Below are positions 35,846 to 36,454 of a DNA stretch of 36,454 nt, piece by piece. Numbering within the stretch: the first letter of the stretch is position 1; every line of letters starts with the position of its first letter. The position numbers were made by a program, and so were the translations under genes. Below the pieces are notes generated by a model, which was not told the origin of the DNA, made no database searches, and saw only the letters and a program-made list of their open reading frames with translations. This DNA is from Candidatus Rokuibacteriota bacterium (GTDB lineage: Bacteria; Methylomirabilota; Methylomirabilia; Rokubacteriales; DASRDR01): NCBI GenBank assembly GCA_044866005.1, contig JBIOTN010000205.1, forward strand, positions 1-36,454. Reading direction: 5' to 3'.

Positions 35846-35968
35846 GAGCCTGTCGGTGTAAGCCGGCGCACCGCAACGCTCGGGACGTTCCACTCCGAGT
35901 GGCGGCTGCCGCCGCAACGACGGGGGCATCGGGGGGGTCTTCCGAGACCCCCCCGAAGTCCTAGGAGC
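35842..35968. mobile_element. MITE-like composite repeat bounded by CTAGGAGC direct repeats
   Basis: CTAGGAGC at 35842-35849 and 35961-35968, with an internal 12-bp-stem hairpin at 35929-35956. Confidence 0.45.
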
Positions 35969-35971
35969 AGC

Positions 35972-36009
35972 CGGAGAGGGCCTCGACGGTTCCTCCGACG
36001 CTTCCCCCA
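35972..36009 (+). repeat. REP-like palindrome (degenerate copy)
   Basis: CGGAGAGGGCC-TCGAC-GGTTCCTCCG plus an ACGCTTCCCCCA tail. Confidence 0.7.
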
Positions 36010-36026
36010 GGACAAGGAGGGGCAGC

Positions 36027-36413
36027 ATGAGCGGCGACCCGTCCGCGACGCGGGACGAGCCGTTCGCCCCGGAGCCGGCCAACCTCACCCGGGAGTGCTG
36101 GCGGGACTGTCTCGACTGCCACCGGATCTGCCTGGAGACCGTGGCCTACCTCCAGACGAGCGGCCGGGCGGTGCCGCCGTCCACGATCCGCCTCCTCTTC
36201 AATTGCGCGGAGCTCTGCCAGACCACGGCGAAGTTCCTCCGCGGCGGCTGGGAGCTGATCCCGCGGACGTGCGCGCTCTGCGCGGAGGCCTGTGCCCGCT
36301 GCGCCGAGCACTGCGACGCGTTCGCCGACGACGCGCAGATGGCGGCCTGCGCCAAGGCGTGCCGCCGCGCCGTGGACGCCTGCTGGCGCCTCGCCGCGTC
36401 GCTGGCCGCCTGA
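36027..36413 (+). CDS. Four-helix-bundle copper storage protein (Csp3/DUF326-like)
   Basis: 128 aa with 14 Cys, mostly in CxxC/CxxxC spacing, and no signal peptide. Confidence 0.85.
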   Translation: MSGDPSATRDEPFAPEPANLTRECWRDCLDCHRICLETVAYLQTSGRAVPPSTIRLLFNCAELCQTTAKFLRGGWELIPRTCALCAEACARCAEHCDAFADDAQMAACAKACRRAVDACWRLAASLAA

Positions 36414-36415
36414 GC

Positions 36416-36454
36416 GCGTCGGAGGGGGCCTCGACGGCCCCCTCCGACGCCTCC
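36416..36454 (+). repeat. REP-like palindrome / possible terminator
   Basis: GCGTCGGAGGGGGCC-TCGAC-GGCCCCCTCCGACGC, a perfect 15-bp stem two bases after a stop codon. Confidence 0.85.

Overview
Very GC-rich bacterial DNA. The gene content and intergenic repeats resemble Candidatus Rokubacteria/Methylomirabilota, but that is inference only. From left to right the window holds: a molybdenum-hydroxylase (CoxL-M-S-like) operon; two tiny convergent Cys/His zinc-finger genes, one strikingly LIM-like; a minus-strand operon (Tat-exported SMP-30/gluconolactonase, three tandem DUF3830-like paralogs, a peptide-type ABC binding protein and two permeases with no ATPase, an LLM oxidoreductase); a secreted beta-helix protein; MmgE/PrpD, an orphan ABC binding protein and a VOC protein; a cluster of exported TPR proteins; a Tat metallo-beta-lactamase-fold protein; an ankyrin gene relic; a second LLM; RidA; a stand-alone GAF protein and two hybrid histidine kinases; a lipoprotein/Nramp-like/2x PRC-barrel operon; a secreted Gly/Ser/Thr repeat protein; a Tat amidohydrolase; a hotdog-fold protein; and a Csp3-like copper-storage protein. 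In the TPR cluster, two lipoproteins share a colinear 216-aa C-terminal module fused to unrelated N-terminal domains. Non-coding structure includes REP-like palindromes, a 114-bp hairpin element overlapped by a 47-bp exact duplication, a CTAG-bounded MITE-like element, recurrent sigma70-like promoters with 18-bp spacers and three sigma54-like promoters. No rRNA, tRNA, CRISPR array or transposase was seen. The best candidates for undescribed biology are the modular TPR-lipoprotein cluster, the LIM-like protein and the triple-DUF3830 operon.
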